From positions 13,571-77,570 of the forward strand of contig CAXMSP010000009.1 of assembly GCA_964196225.1 (NCBI GenBank): a DNA stretch of 64,000 nucleotides. Direction: 5' to 3'. The position numbers and the translations under genes were made by a program. The notes beneath the pieces are model-generated. The model did not search any database. It saw only the letters and a list, made by a program, of their open reading frames with translations, and was not told where the DNA came from. Positions within the stretch are counted from its first letter, which is position 1; every line of letters starts with the position of its first letter. Positions 62,343-64,000 of this stretch are shown here, piece by piece. The stretch is from an uncultured Gammaproteobacteria bacterium. GTDB taxonomy: Bacteria > Pseudomonadota > Gammaproteobacteria > GCA-001735895.

Positions 62343-63659
62343 TTGAATTCAATCTGGCAACAGTGTATATCCAGCCTCGAAGGCGAAATCAGTGAGCAAC
62401 AACTCAATACGTGGATTTTGCCATTACAGGTAGAACAGGAGCTTAATACGCTGAAATTGTTAGCCCCGAACCGTTTTGTCATGGATTGGGTTCGCAAACA
62501 CTTTCTTGACCGTATACGCGAACTGATTACCAGTCTCGATGACAGCAAATCAATGTCGGTGAGCCTGATGATTGGTTCCCACGCCAGGGCGGCAGAACCC
62601 GATGCTGTTGCCGCAACACCACCTCCGCGAACCTATCGCTCCTCGGGTGTTAACGAATCTCAAAAATTCAAAACCTTTGTCGAAGGCAAATCGAATCAAC
62701 TCGCGCGAGCCGCATCGATCCAGGTCAGCAGTAATCCGGGCTCTGAGTATAACCCGCTTTACATTTACGGCGGTGTAGGTCTCGGAAAGACCCATTTGAT
62801 GCATGCAATTGGTAACCAGATCCGTGAAAACAACCCGGATGCGAACATTTTGTACGTGAACTGCGAACGTTTTGTCTCTGACATGGTGAAAGCCTTGCAG
62901 CATAGTCGCATGGATGACTTCAAGAATTCATATCGTAGCCTCGATGCCCTGCTCATTGATGATATCCAGTTTCTCGCTGACAAGAACCGCTCGCAGGAAG
63001 AGTTTTTCCACACTTTCAATTCGCTTTATGAAGCGCATGCCCAGATGGTCATTACCTGTGATCGATTTCCAAAAGAAATTGAAGGACTCGAAGATCGAAT
63101 CCAGTCCCGCCTGGGATGGGGGCTGGCGGTTGACATCAAACCCGCCGACCTCGAGACTCGGGTAGCAATCCTGATCAGCAAGGCCGAACAAGCGGATGCG
63201 GATGTCCCTAATGATGTCGCGTTTTTTATTGCTGAGCGTTTCAAATCGAACATTCGCGAGCTCGAAGGCGCACTAAAGCGGGTGGTTGCACACGCTCGCT
63301 TTGCCGGTGAACCGATTACCCAGGATTTTGCACGCCAGGCCCTAAGAGAGTTGCTCGCAGTGCAAGACAAACCCATCACGATAGATAATATACAGAAGTT
63401 GGTCGCGGAATATTTCAAGATCCGGGTTGCTGATCTATTATCAAGCCGTCGCAACCGTTCTATTACACGCCCTCGTCAGATAGCGATGGCTCTTTCTAAA
63501 TCATTGACGCGACATAGTTTGCCCGAGATAGGGAATGCTTTTGGTGGGCGGGATCACACGACAGTGCTCCATGCTTGCCGTAAAATTGATGAATTGCGAG
63601 GTGAAGACCGACGCATCGATGAAGACGTTGAAATCCTGGCACGCATGCTAAGCAACTAG
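62343..63659 (+). CDS. dnaA: chromosomal replication initiator protein DnaA
   Basis: 438 aa with AAA+ Walker [11 protein letters not shown], sensor motifs, and the domain IV DNA-binding signature ([12 protein letters not shown]). TTG start. Confidence 0.97.
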   Translation: MNSIWQQCISSLEGEISEQQLNTWILPLQVEQELNTLKLLAPNRFVMDWVRKHFLDRIRELITSLDDSKSMSVSLMIGSHARAAEPDAVAATPPPRTYRSSGVNESQKFKTFVEGKSNQLARAASIQVSSNPGSEYNPLYIYGGVGLGKTHLMHAIGNQIRENNPDANILYVNCERFVSDMVKALQHSRMDDFKNSYRSLDALLIDDIQFLADKNRSQEEFFHTFNSLYEAHAQMVITCDRFPKEIEGLEDRIQSRLGWGLAVDIKPADLETRVAILISKAEQADADVPNDVAFFIAERFKSNIRELEGALKRVVAHARFAGEPITQDFARQALRELLAVQDKPITIDNIQKLVAEYFKIRVADLLSSRRNRSITRPRQIAMALSKSLTRHSLPEIGNAFGGRDHTTVLHACRKIDELRGEDRRIDEDVEILARMLSN

Positions 63660-63685
63660 GAACGGGGAAAACCAGCGTTAGGGCC

Positions 63686-63694
63686 TGTGGATAA
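63686..63694. promoter_or_regulatory. consensus DnaA box downstream of dnaA
   Basis: tgtggataa is a perfect match to the TTATCCACA complement. Confidence 0.6.
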
Positions 63695-63731
63695 GTTGGG
63701 AATAAAAAAAAGGTTCATATTTATCCCGCGG

Positions 63732-63740
63732 TTATGCACA
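63732..63740. promoter_or_regulatory. DnaA box (relaxed consensus TTATNCACA)
   Basis: ttatgcaca lies 38 nt from the perfect box, in opposite orientation. Confidence 0.5.
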
Positions 63741-63868
63741 GTTTAGTAATAGGTAGCAGACAGTTTAAAGCGGAACTTTATCGCAATAAAGCATTGATAT
63801 ATAAGGGAATAGTTGACTTATCCCAAAAAACTATAGTTACTAATAAACACAGTAAATTAGATATATAA

Positions 63869-64000
63869 ATGAAAACAACTATTAAAAGAGAAGACATATT
63901 GGCCCCATTACAACAGGTAATAGGTGCGGTAGAACGACGCCAAACGTTGCCAATATTGGGAAATGTTTTATTTAAGTCAACAGGCGGTGACATAACACTA
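63869..64000 (+). CDS. dnaN: DNA polymerase III beta sliding clamp, N-terminal 44 codons (3' end outside window)
   Basis: Hand-translated MKTTIKREDILAPLQQVIGAVERRQTLPILGNVLFKSTGGDITL, a typical DnaN N-terminus, directly after dnaA. Confidence 0.9.
   Translation, partial: MKTTIKREDILAPLQQVIGAVERRQTLPILGNVLFKSTGGDITL

Noticed and set aside
61975-63868. Calling oriC in the rpmH-dnaA or dnaA-dnaN spacer
   Set aside because: I found only one good DnaA box in the first spacer and two in the second, and no clear tandem 13-mer DUE repeats. That is not enough to call an origin without skew analysis.
1-64000. Mobile elements, prophage remnants, CRISPR arrays, tRNA/rRNA genes, toxin-antitoxin pairs or known defence systems
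   Set aside because: I looked for integrase/transposase-like ORFs, regularly spaced direct repeats, and cloverleaf-sized structured gaps. None were found by eye. The window appears to be core chromosome.

Overview
This is a 64-kb stretch of gammaproteobacterial chromosome, about 50% GC by eye. The gene order dsbA-cytochrome c4-engB-polA-thrB and mnmE-yidC-yidD-rnpA-rpmH-dnaA-dnaN resembles Pseudomonadales/Cellvibrionales; that placement is an inference.

The window is almost all core housekeeping:
- hemA(partial)-prfA-prmC
- uvrD
- moeA-moaE
- recG-ridA-spoT-rpoZ-gmk
- tcdA
- a complete five-step histidine utilisation locus: hutI-hutC-hutU divergent from hutF-hutH-hutG, with a perfect 20-bp operator palindrome between them
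- ygiQ and mmsA
- a tightly overlapping recC-recB-recD operon
- polA
- the dnaA region, with dnaN truncated at the window end

I saw no transposase, integrase, prophage, CRISPR array, tRNA or rRNA, and no recognisable defence island. No multi-gene novel system is demonstrable from sequence alone. The items most worth follow-up are:
1. A roughly 114-nt structured sRNA candidate on the minus strand between polA and engB. It has a sigma-E/AlgU-like promoter and a clean intrinsic terminator, and sits where Spot 42/ErsA sits in other species.
2. A 601-aa P-loop (zeta-toxin/kinase-like) protein translationally coupled to moeA-moaE.
3. A single polypeptide combining receiver, PP2C phosphatase and RsbW-like kinase domains, with no STAS partner nearby.
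4. A 126-bp long imperfect palindrome that separates prfA from prmC.
5. An overlapping three-gene module after prmC that contains an orphan FetB-like permease.
6. A 2OG-Fe(II) oxygenase-like gene interrupted by an in-frame TAG, next to an unknown 306-aa protein.

All functional calls come from motif and family recognition by eye. No searches were run.
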